Of a stretch of DNA of 64,000 nucleotides, positions 45,939 to 53,658 are shown one piece after another. A model generated the notes under the pieces. That model had not been told where the DNA came from and ran no database searches. It saw nothing but the letters and a program-made list of their open reading frames with translations. Source of the stretch: an uncultured delta proteobacterium (GTDB lineage Bacteria; Desulfobacterota; Binatia; Binatales; Binataceae); contig CAVZDJ010000011.1 in the NCBI GenBank assembly GCA_963773975.1, forward strand, positions 13,223 through 77,222, written 5' to 3'. Position 1 is the stretch's first letter. The number at the start of each line of letters is the position of its first letter. Made by a program: the position numbers and the translations under genes.

Positions 45939-47488
45939 ATACCGTCAGTTTCATCAGCATCCCCGGCTCGATCGCTCCCGACCAGGAAATCCTGGTCTTC
46001 GGCAATCGCAGGCTCAACTACGCGCAGCTCAACGAACTGGTCGGGCGCCTAAGCTCGTCCTTCAAGACCCTGGAGCTGAAACCTCGCGACGTGATCGCCG
46101 CGCTCGACACCAACTCCGATAACTATATCGCCGGCTACTACGCCGCCGCCAAGGCCGGACTCACCTGGCTCCCGCTCAACTACCGCGCCAAGGACGCCGA
46201 GCTCGAATATATGATCAACACCGCCGGAGCCAAGGTGCTGCTCGCCGGCGACCGTTACCTCGACCTCATGGCGCGCGTGTCGCCCAGGCTCAAGACCGCC
46301 AAGGTGGTGGCGTGGGGCGAGGGCAAGGCCGGGATGCCGCGCCTGGCGGATTTGGTCAAAGCCTCCGAGGTCGATGAAGGCGAAGTCGAGGTCGAGGACG
46401 AGGATGTCTCGGTACTGATGTACACCAGCGGCACGACTTCGCTGCCCAAGGGCGTGATGTTACGCTTTCGCGATTTCGCCGCCTATGTCACGGCCAACGT
46501 CGAGATGGCCGACGGCAGCGAGCGCGGCGTCGCGCTGGTGTGCGTGCCCTTCTACCACATCGCCGGCACCACCGCGATGATGACCAACCTGTGGACCGGG
46601 CGGCGCATGGTGGTGATGCCGCAGTTCGATCCGAAGAGCTGGCTGCAACTGGTGGAGCGCGAAAAAGTCACGCACGCTTTCGTCGTGCCGACGATGATGA
46701 AGCAGTTGCTCGACGAGCCGTCATTTTCCAAAACCGATTTTTCGAACCTCACCAATCTCGCGTACGGCGGCGCGGCGATGCCGATTCAGACCATCCGCCG
46801 CGCGATCGAGGCGTTCCCCAAATCCGTCGGCTTCGTCAACGCCTACGGCCAGACCGAAACCACCTCTTCGCTGACCGTGCTCGGCCCCGACGACCATCGG
46901 ATCGACGGCGACCCCAAGACTGTCGAGCTCAAGCTCAAGCGGCTGAACTCGATCGGCCGTCCGCTGCCCGACGTCGAGGTCGCCGTGCGCGACGACGACG
47001 GCTCGCTGCTGGCCGCGGGACAAGTCGGCGAAATCCTCATCCGCACCCCGCGCATCATGAAGGGCTATGCCGGACGCGAGGACGACTCGCGCCTTCCCGA
47101 GGGATGGCGCGCGACCGGCGATCTCGGATGGGTCGACGAAGAGGGCTACGTGTTTTTCGCCGGGCGCAAGGACGACATGATCATCCGTGGCGGCGAGAAT
47201 ATCGCGCCCGCCGAGATCGAGGCCGTCCTGATGAGCCATCCGGGGATCGACGAGGCGGCGGTGATCGGCGTGCCGTCGGTCGAATGGGGACAGACCATCA
47301 AGGCCTTCGTCGTCAAACGGCCGGGACAGAACGTCACCGCGCCCGACATCAGCGAGTTCTGCCGCACGCGTCTGGCGAGCTTCAAGCGGCCCGAAGCGAT
47401 CGAATTCATCGAGGCGCTGCCCAAGAATCCGCTCGGCAAAATCCTGCGCAAGGACCTGCGTGACAAGGGCGAGACGCCGCAGCCCTGA
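45935..47488 (+). CDS. AMP-dependent acyl-CoA synthetase/ligase
   Basis: GTG start overlapping the upstream stop. MYTSGTTSLPKGVM, YGQTE, GWRATGDLG, RKDDMIIRGGENI, LPKNPLGKILRK. Confidence 0.9.
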   Translation: MNTVSFISIPGSIAPDQEILVFGNRRLNYAQLNELVGRLSSSFKTLELKPRDVIAALDTNSDNYIAGYYAAAKAGLTWLPLNYRAKDAELEYMINTAGAKVLLAGDRYLDLMARVSPRLKTAKVVAWGEGKAGMPRLADLVKASEVDEGEVEVEDEDVSVLMYTSGTTSLPKGVMLRFRDFAAYVTANVEMADGSERGVALVCVPFYHIAGTTAMMTNLWTGRRMVVMPQFDPKSWLQLVEREKVTHAFVVPTMMKQLLDEPSFSKTDFSNLTNLAYGGAAMPIQTIRRAIEAFPKSVGFVNAYGQTETTSSLTVLGPDDHRIDGDPKTVELKLKRLNSIGRPLPDVEVAVRDDDGSLLAAGQVGEILIRTPRIMKGYAGREDDSRLPEGWRATGDLGWVDEEGYVFFAGRKDDMIIRGGENIAPAEIEAVLMSHPGIDEAAVIGVPSVEWGQTIKAFVVKRPGQNVTAPDISEFCRTRLASFKRPEAIEFIEALPKNPLGKILRKDLRDKGETPQP

Positions 47489-47492
47489 GCGC

Positions 47493-48269
47493 GTGCGCCG
47501 GGCGGCGCGCGCCGCCGCGGGCCGGATCGAAGTCGCGCGCGCCGGCGGATGCGTCACCGCGACGCTTCAGTGGCCGGCTGGGCGCAACCGCGCAGCGCAT
47601 AAATTGACCGCCGCGATGGCGCTCAGGCTGATCGAGCTTGCCGAGGAGGTCGAAGACGACGCGGACGCCCTGCTGCTCGTGATTCGCGGCGCGGGCGGCA
47701 ACTTCTGCGCCGGCTTCGACGACGGCGTCGATTCGGTCGCGCCGGGCGTGGTCGAATCGATCGCCGTACTCTCCAAGCCGACGCTCGCGATAATCGACGG
47801 CCTCGCGGCCGATGAGGGGATGGAACTGGCGCTGGCGGCGGACCTTCGCGCCGCCGCGCAGTCGGCGCGCTTCTCATTCGGCCAACTCGGGCGCGGACGA
47901 ATGCCGCGTTTTGGCGGCACCCAACGCCTGCCGCGGCTTATCGGCGCCGCCCATGCGTTGCGGATGCTACTGACCGGCGCGGCGATCGACGGCGGCGAGG
48001 CGATGCGCCTGGGATTGGTGACCTACCTCGCACCGGGCCGCGGCGCGCTCGATCGCGTGGCCGGCGAAGTCGTGCACGCAATCACCAGCCGCGGCCCGGT
48101 GGCCACGCGCTTGGCCAAGGAGGCCGTGCGCAAAGGATGCGACCTGACCTTGGATCAGGGTATAAGGCTTGAAGAGGATCTGTACGCCTTGCTACAAACC
48201 ACAGCCGACCGCGCCGAGGGCGTACGGGCCTTTCTGGACAAGCGCAAGCCGCTATTTCGCGGCGCGTGA
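47493..48269 (+). CDS. enoyl-CoA hydratase/isomerase-family protein (divergent)
   Basis: ...LLLVIRGAGGNFCAGFD..., IDGLAADEGMELALAADLR. Start uncertain: GTG 47493 was chosen because the track start 47460 overlaps the ligase by 29 nt. Confidence 0.8.
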   Translation: MRRAARAAAGRIEVARAGGCVTATLQWPAGRNRAAHKLTAAMALRLIELAEEVEDDADALLLVIRGAGGNFCAGFDDGVDSVAPGVVESIAVLSKPTLAIIDGLAADEGMELALAADLRAAAQSARFSFGQLGRGRMPRFGGTQRLPRLIGAAHALRMLLTGAAIDGGEAMRLGLVTYLAPGRGALDRVAGEVVHAITSRGPVATRLAKEAVRKGCDLTLDQGIRLEEDLYALLQTTADRAEGVRAFLDKRKPLFRGA

Positions 48270-48310
48270 AATCGCGCGGCGCATTACATCCGACGGAGCG
48301 ACCAACAACG

Positions 48311-48430
48311 ATGGCTAACCAACTGGGAAAAGTTTACATCTGCGGCAAGTGCGGCTCGCAGGTAATCGTGACCAAGGGCGGCGCGGGCGCGCTCAAATGC
48401 TGCGGTGCCCCGATGGAACAGAAAAAGTAG
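48311..48430 (+). CDS. desulforedoxin-like mini-protein (39 aa)
   Basis: Below the ORF-track cut-off. MANQLGKVYICGKCGSQVIVTKGGAGALKCCGAPMEQKK. Same CxxC-x15-CC spacing and same MANQLGK N-terminus as the ORF at 43270. Confidence 0.7.
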   Translation: MANQLGKVYICGKCGSQVIVTKGGAGALKCCGAPMEQKK

Positions 48431-48473
48431 GCAGCGCGGCCCCGCTGCAACGAGATGGTCGAAATGAAGTGAC

Positions 48474-49115
48474 GTGAAAATCACGCTCAGCTTCGACAAC
48501 GGGCCCGAGCCCGAAGTTACCGACCAGGTCCTCGACGTGCTCGGCGCCGCGCGCCTGCGCTCGACCTTTTTCGTAATCGGAGAGAAGCTCGCCGACCCCG
48601 AGCGTCGCGCTCGTGCCGAGCGCGCTCGCGCCGAGGGCCATTGGATCGGCAATCATAGCCTGACGCATAGCAAGCCGTTTGGCCGGCGCGAGGACCGCGA
48701 CGGCGCCGAGGACGAAATCGGCCGCGCCCAACGGATACTCGGCACGCTCGCCCATCCCGACCGCTTGTTCCGCCCTTTCGGCGGCGGCGGCGCGCTCGAC
48801 TCGGGATTGCTCAACCGCAAGGTAGTCGACTACCTGTGCGCCGGCGGCTTTACCTGCGTGCTATGGAATTGCGTGCCGCGCGACTGGGAAGACCCGGTGG
48901 GGTGGGTCGAACAGGCGCTCGAGCAGTGCCGCGCCACACCCTGGAGCGTGGTCGTGCTGCATGATCTGCCGACCGGTGCGATGCTCAACCTCGAGCGCTT
49001 CATCGAGCGCCTACGCGGCGCCGGCGCCGAAATCGTGCAGGAGTTTCCGCCCGAGTGCGTGCCGATCCTGCGCGGCCGCGTGATGTTTCCGGTCGACCGG
49101 TACATGGCGGCCTAG
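48474..49115 (+). CDS. polysaccharide deacetylase (NodB-homology) family protein
   Basis: GTG start. ITLSFDNGP, TFFVIG, WIGNHSLTHS. Confidence 0.85.
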   Translation: MKITLSFDNGPEPEVTDQVLDVLGAARLRSTFFVIGEKLADPERRARAERARAEGHWIGNHSLTHSKPFGRREDRDGAEDEIGRAQRILGTLAHPDRLFRPFGGGGALDSGLLNRKVVDYLCAGGFTCVLWNCVPRDWEDPVGWVEQALEQCRATPWSVVVLHDLPTGAMLNLERFIERLRGAGAEIVQEFPPECVPILRGRVMFPVDRYMAA

Positions 49116-49155
49116 GCGTTGGCCTTCATAAGACCATCCCAGGAGGCTTCATCGC

Positions 49156-49404
49156 ATGATCGGCGCAATCCTTATCGGACTAATCGCAGGATGGCTGACT
49201 GGCAAGCTGATGAGCGGCGGCGGCTACGGGTTTTTCGCCGACATCCTGCTCGGCCTGGTCGGCGCGGTCATCGGGAGCTGGATCTTCAACTCGCTGGGAA
49301 TCGTAGTCAACGGGGGAATCGGTTATCTCGCGATGGCGACCGTGGGCGCGGTCGTCCTGGTCGGCATCGTGCACCTGGTCAGGAGTCCGTCCTCGGCGCG
49401 CTGA
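49156..49404 (+). CDS. GlsB/YeaQ/YmgE-family stress-response membrane protein
   Basis: MIGAILIGLIAGWLTGKLM.GGGYGFFADILLGLVGAVIGSWIF. Confidence 0.9.
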   Translation: MIGAILIGLIAGWLTGKLMSGGGYGFFADILLGLVGAVIGSWIFNSLGIVVNGGIGYLAMATVGAVVLVGIVHLVRSPSSAR

Positions 49405-49462
49405 GTCCCGTAGTGCGCACCTATTGATGTCGGACGTGCTTGATGTTCGTACATGCATGGGC

Positions 49463-49492
49463 GGCGCGGCCGATCGAACGATCGGCCGCGCC
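49463..49492. terminator. strong GC hairpin between convergent genes (no U-tract)
   Basis: GGCGCGGCCGATCG-AA-CGATCGGCCGCGCC, 13-14 bp perfect stem. May act as a bidirectional terminator or stabiliser. Confidence 0.4.
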
Positions 49493-49545
49493 GTGTTGCC
49501 GAACAAATCCGCACAAATTTGTCCGCCCGCTGCGTTAGCTTTGCC

Positions 49546-50157
49546 TTAATCTTCCCGCTGCCAGTGCGCCGCCGAGATTGGCGTCTGAAAAGTGGTTCCG
49601 CTCGCTGCCTCACCCATGTCGGTGCAGTCCAGTGACTTGCCGGACGGGCCCGACAACGCGCAAAACCATTGGGCTGGCGATCCCGGGCTCGCGGCCCCCG
49701 TGGGCGCGCAACTCGGCACGATGGTCCCGGTACAGGTGACTGTCTTGCAACTGCTGGTCAGGTTGATCGTGACGAACCCCGCCATTGCGCCGATAGGCGC
49801 CGCGCCGACCGTGTAGGTGCCGGTGACCGAGCAGGTGGCCGCGGCGCCGGTGCCCGGAGCGCCGTAGTCTTCGTTGAGAAATCCCACAACATTCCCGCGG
49901 CCGTCGCTGAACATCGCGCCCGACACCGCGGCCGGAATCGCTGGCGGGTTCGGCTCGCTCACGGTGCCCGTAATCGAGGCATCAAAGGCGAGATGCGAGG
50001 TCACGTAGCGTCCGTAGAAATCGTGCCCGTTGACGCCGGCCAGGGCCGGTCCGCTACCCGCCAGCAGCAACAGCCCAATAACCGGTATTGTTGCCAGGAT
50101 CCAACGCGCCAGATAGTCAGTTGCGTTTTCCATGCGTATACCTCTCCTGAAATTCAA
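49546..50157 (-). CDS. secreted Cys-containing hypothetical protein
   Basis: Signal/TM segment (WILATIPVIGLLLLAGSGPALA). Mature part rich in G/T/A with 8 Cys. No family recognised. The start is more likely MENATDY (50133). Confidence 0.55.
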   Translation of the reverse strand: MNFRRGIRMENATDYLARWILATIPVIGLLLLAGSGPALAGVNGHDFYGRYVTSHLAFDASITGTVSEPNPPAIPAAVSGAMFSDGRGNVVGFLNEDYGAPGTGAAATCSVTGTYTVGAAPIGAMAGFVTINLTSSCKTVTCTGTIVPSCAPTGAASPGSPAQWFCALSGPSGKSLDCTDMGEAASGTTFQTPISAAHWQRED

Positions 50158-50395
50158 ATGAGTATCATTCCACTAATGCCCTGACCGTGCCCTGAATCAA
50201 GCGAGCGGAGGCGCGTTGGGAAATTTGTGGTATTACGGCTTGCTAGAGCCGAATTTGATCGTCGAAAGCACGGAAGGGGACTTGTCTCCTCGCACTGCCG
50301 CGCTATGGCAAGTTGGGGCCGCATGCGCCGAAGAGAGCGCGAGTGATATGCACCCGCGCACTACTGTGCATGCGACAGGCGCATCATTGCCGGAC

Positions 50396-50441
50396 AAAAA
50401 AATGCGAAGCCCGGGCTGTCGTCGAAACAGCCGGGCTTCGC
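50396..50441 (-). terminator. rho-independent terminator of the LLM gene at 50539-51576
   Basis: In minus sense, GCGAAGCCCGGCTG...CAGCCCGGGCTTCGC (14 bp, one bulge) followed by ATTTTTTTG. Confidence 0.65.
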
Positions 50442-50538
50442 ACTGCGTAATCGGTTTTGCTCTTTGACGATGCGCTAGTTGCAGCACACGTAAAGATGAA
50501 ACGGCATCGGGAATCGCAAGTCCTCGGCCGACTTGCCA

Positions 50539-51576
50539 TCAGCGTACGTGCGGCATCACCTCTTTGGCGAACAGCTCCATCGATCGGCGCGCCTTGTGCG
50601 CTGGCATTCCCGGCAACTGCATCCACATCACCAGATGCGTCACCCGGCCCGCTTCGCTGTAGCGCTTTAAATCCCGCACGACGTCATCGGGAGTTCCCAC
50701 GGCCAGCGGGGCCTGGAAGAAGCTCAGCCCCGGCGTCTTGCGCATCTCGCCCGGAGGCGGAACGTCGGTGCGCGAAAATACCGCTTCGCTCCACGGCAGA
50801 TCGTTGGCTTCCTTAAAGCGGCGATCGTACGCCGTCATCATGTAGTACAGATGCTGCTCCGCGTCGTCCCACGCCTGCTCACGGGTCTCGGCCACGTAGA
50901 CCGCGCGCAGTTGCGCGATGTAATGGCTCGCGACGTCATGGCCGTGGCTGCGCAGTCCCGCGTCGTACATCTGCTGCAGGTCGACGCCCCCGCTGCCGGC
51001 CAGGTGATATCCCATCCGGGCCACGCGGGCGACCGATTTTTCCGCCATCGCGGCGATCCAGATCGGCGGATAGGGCTTCTGCACCGGCTTGGGCGTCAGA
51101 TTCACGTTCTTCATCTGGTAGTACTTGCCGTCGAAGGAAAAATTTTCCTCGGTGAAGCAGCGCCGGATCAGCTCGACACCCTCCTCGACCCGGCCACCGC
51201 GTTGATTGCGCGCGATGCCGAAGCTGTCGAACTCGCTGACCACGTAGCCCTGCCCTACGCCCAGGTCGAGCCTGCCTTTGGAAAGAATGTCGACCGTCGC
51301 CGCATCCTCGGCGACGCGGACCGGATGATGGAAGGGCAGGATGATGATGAAGGTGCCAAGGCGGATGCGGTGGGTGCGTTGCGCGATGGCGGAGAGAATC
51401 GGCAACAGCGACGGCGACCAGGCGTCGTCGTAGAAATGATGCTCGGTGGTCCAGACGTGATCGTATCCGAGTTCTTCCGCCAGCACGGCTTCCTGAAGAT
51501 GCTCGTCGTAGACCTCGGTTATCGGGCGATGCCATTGCGGCGGGTTGCGAAAGGGCAAAAGAATTCCAAAATCCAT
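50539..51576 (-). CDS. LLM-class (luciferase-like) flavin/F420-type oxidoreductase
   Basis: MDFGILLPF...AEELGYDHVWTTEHHF...GRLDLGVGQGY. 345 aa. Confidence 0.9.
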   Translation of the reverse strand: MDFGILLPFRNPPQWHRPITEVYDEHLQEAVLAEELGYDHVWTTEHHFYDDAWSPSLLPILSAIAQRTHRIRLGTFIIILPFHHPVRVAEDAATVDILSKGRLDLGVGQGYVVSEFDSFGIARNQRGGRVEEGVELIRRCFTEENFSFDGKYYQMKNVNLTPKPVQKPYPPIWIAAMAEKSVARVARMGYHLAGSGGVDLQQMYDAGLRSHGHDVASHYIAQLRAVYVAETREQAWDDAEQHLYYMMTAYDRRFKEANDLPWSEAVFSRTDVPPPGEMRKTPGLSFFQAPLAVGTPDDVVRDLKRYSEAGRVTHLVMWMQLPGMPAHKARRSMELFAKEVMPHVR

Positions 51577-51679
51577 CGGCAGAGTCTCCTTGCGCGAGAG
51601 GTCGTTGAGTTTGCCTTGCGGCCTTCGCCCTTATGCCACACGTGGATGCGCGCCGGGAAATGTCGGCGACTAAAACCTC

Positions 51680-52522
51680 CTACACCGCGTTGAAGCCCTC
51701 ACGGCTGAAGAGCACCCGCTCCGCGCCCATCCGCGCGCGCATCGCCGCCATCAGCTCGCGCTCCGCGCCCGGCCGAAACCATCCCTCGTAGCCCAACCGC
51801 GCATACAGCTCGTCCATCCTGAGCGCGCGCGAGCGCCGGCCGCCCGAGCCGTCACCGTCGAAGTAGGTATCGACCACGACGCGGTCGGCCGCGCCATCGG
51901 CAAGCTCGGCCAGGCGCTTGGGATGGTTCGGCATCATCGGCGCCACCGCGAGCTGGACGAACACGCCCGCCGCGCGGAGCCGGCGCGCCGCCGCGAGCCG
52001 CCGTGCGATCGACGGCGAGGTCGGAGTGAGCGCGCGCCGCACCTGTTCGTCGTCGGTCTCGACCGTGATCGACGCGATGAGCCGCGGCCCAAGCCGCATC
52101 AGCAGGTCGAGGTCGCGCTCGATCATGGGACTGCGCGTCTGCAACAGCACGCGGCGCGGCGGCCGGAGCACGAACAGCTCCAGCGCGCCGCGCGTAAGCC
52201 GCATCCGCCGCTCCATCCCCTGGTACGGGTCGGTTGCGCTCGACATGAAGACGGCCGCGCGCTCGAGCTTGCCCGCTTGCTCCAGCGCGCGCAGCTCGCG
52301 CGCGAGCAATTCGAGCAGGTTCGACTTGGCTACTACCCACGCGCCCCACGGACCGGGCTGGGCCCGCGCCACCGGGAGCGCCCGCACGTAACAGAACGGA
52401 CATCCGCCGCCATCGCCGAAGGCGCATCCGATGTACGGATTGAGCGAGTAGGCGAAGCCGTCGAGGAACCCGCCGGTCGGGGTGAGCGCGCGCGTCGCAG
52501 GCGTGGCCGCATAGTTGCGCAT
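51680..52522 (-). CDS. radical SAM protein, SplB/COG1533-like, with CX7CX2C cluster motif
   Basis: SLNPYIGCAFGDGGGCPFCYVR. Start set at MRNYAAT (ATG 52522). The track start 52642 is probably an over-extension. Confidence 0.75.
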   Translation of the reverse strand: MRNYAATPATRALTPTGGFLDGFAYSLNPYIGCAFGDGGGCPFCYVRALPVARAQPGPWGAWVVAKSNLLELLARELRALEQAGKLERAAVFMSSATDPYQGMERRMRLTRGALELFVLRPPRRVLLQTRSPMIERDLDLLMRLGPRLIASITVETDDEQVRRALTPTSPSIARRLAAARRLRAAGVFVQLAVAPMMPNHPKRLAELADGAADRVVVDTYFDGDGSGGRRSRALRMDELYARLGYEGWFRPGAERELMAAMRARMGAERVLFSREGFNAV

Positions 52523-52653
52523 TTGACTCTCGTGGCGCGGGGCGCGGCAAAAGCCGCCTCTATCCAGCAATACTCCGCGATCGGCAATGCTCCGCGACTG
52601 GCGATGCTCCGCGAGCATTGACATAAACCGCATGGCGGGCACAAACTACGATC

Positions 52654-53097
52654 ATGCGGCGTTCAATGCTTTGGATGGCTCTGGCCCTTGCGCTCGCGAT
52701 GCCGGCAAGCGCGCTCGCGCAGCAGGGCCCGTACAACGACAAGCAGAACCCCAACGAGTATACCGACACCGAAGACGGCCAGGTGCTCAAGCTGTTCAGC
52801 TACGTCATCGCGCCGATCGGCTACGCATTGGAGTGGGGCGTGACGCGCCCACTGCACTACCTCGCGACCAAGACCCCGCTCGCGCCGGCCCTAAGCGGCG
52901 ACACCGAGTACAGCGAGATATACAACCCCGGACTGAACGCGCAACCGATCGTGCCTGTACCGCCGGCCAATACGGCTTCGGCAGGTGAGAGCACCGCGCC
53001 GCCAACCTATATTGAACGCACGCCGGTCGGCCCGGTCGTGGTGCCTCCTCCGCTGGCGCCGCTGACCTCGCCTCCCGCGCAACCCGCGTTGCACTGA
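52654..53097 (+). CDS. secreted hypothetical protein with Pro-rich C-terminus
   Basis: Signal peptide [24 protein letters not shown]. No family recognised. Confidence 0.55.
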   Translation: MRRSMLWMALALALAMPASALAQQGPYNDKQNPNEYTDTEDGQVLKLFSYVIAPIGYALEWGVTRPLHYLATKTPLAPALSGDTEYSEIYNPGLNAQPIVPVPPANTASAGESTAPPTYIERTPVGPVVVPPPLAPLTSPPAQPALH

Positions 53098-53122
53098 TTT
53101 TTCGACCGTTTAGCGATTACCA

Positions 53123-53156
53123 ACGGCTGCGGACCGAAACCTCCGCGGCCGTTTTT
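53123..53156 (+). terminator. rho-independent terminator
   Basis: ACGGCTGCGGA-CCGAAACC-TCCGCGGCCGT (11 bp including one G-U pair) followed by TTTT. Confidence 0.7.
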
Positions 53157-53237
53157 ACTTTCACTTTCACTTACGCGCGGCCCATCGATGTGCTGAAATT
53201 GGCGTATGGGACTTATCGCCGCGGAGGGAAAAGCATC

Positions 53238-53654
53238 ATGGCCGACAAGATCGTCGAGGACAGGATCGTAAAGACCGACGAGGAGTGGCGAAAACTCCTG
53301 ACTCCCGAGCAGTACGAGGTCACGCGCAAGAAAGGCACCGAGCGCGCATTTACCGGACAGTATTGGGATTTCCATGACCAGGGCGTGTACCTGTGCGTCT
53401 GCTGCGGCAACGAGCTGTTCGACTCGCAGACCAAGTTCGATTCCGGCTGCGGATGGCCGAGCTTTTACGCTCCCAAGGACGAGCGCAAGGTCGAAAACGC
53501 GGTGGACAAAAGCTACGGGATGGTGCGGACGGAGGTGACGTGCAGCCGCTGCGGCGCGCATCTGGGTCACGTGTTCGACGACGGCCCGAACCCGACCGGG
53601 TTGCGCTATTGCATGAACTCGGCCTCGTTGAAGTTCGAAAAGAAGCAAAAATAA
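53238..53654 (+). CDS. msrB: peptide-methionine (R)-S-oxide reductase
   Basis: GGAGGG RBS plus ATG 53238. Two CxxC zinc motifs (CVCCG, CSRCG), GWPSF, HLGHVF.DGP, RYCMNS. Confidence 0.95.
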   Translation: MADKIVEDRIVKTDEEWRKLLTPEQYEVTRKKGTERAFTGQYWDFHDQGVYLCVCCGNELFDSQTKFDSGCGWPSFYAPKDERKVENAVDKSYGMVRTEVTCSRCGAHLGHVFDDGPNPTGLRYCMNSASLKFEKKQK

Positions 53655-53658
53655 GCGT

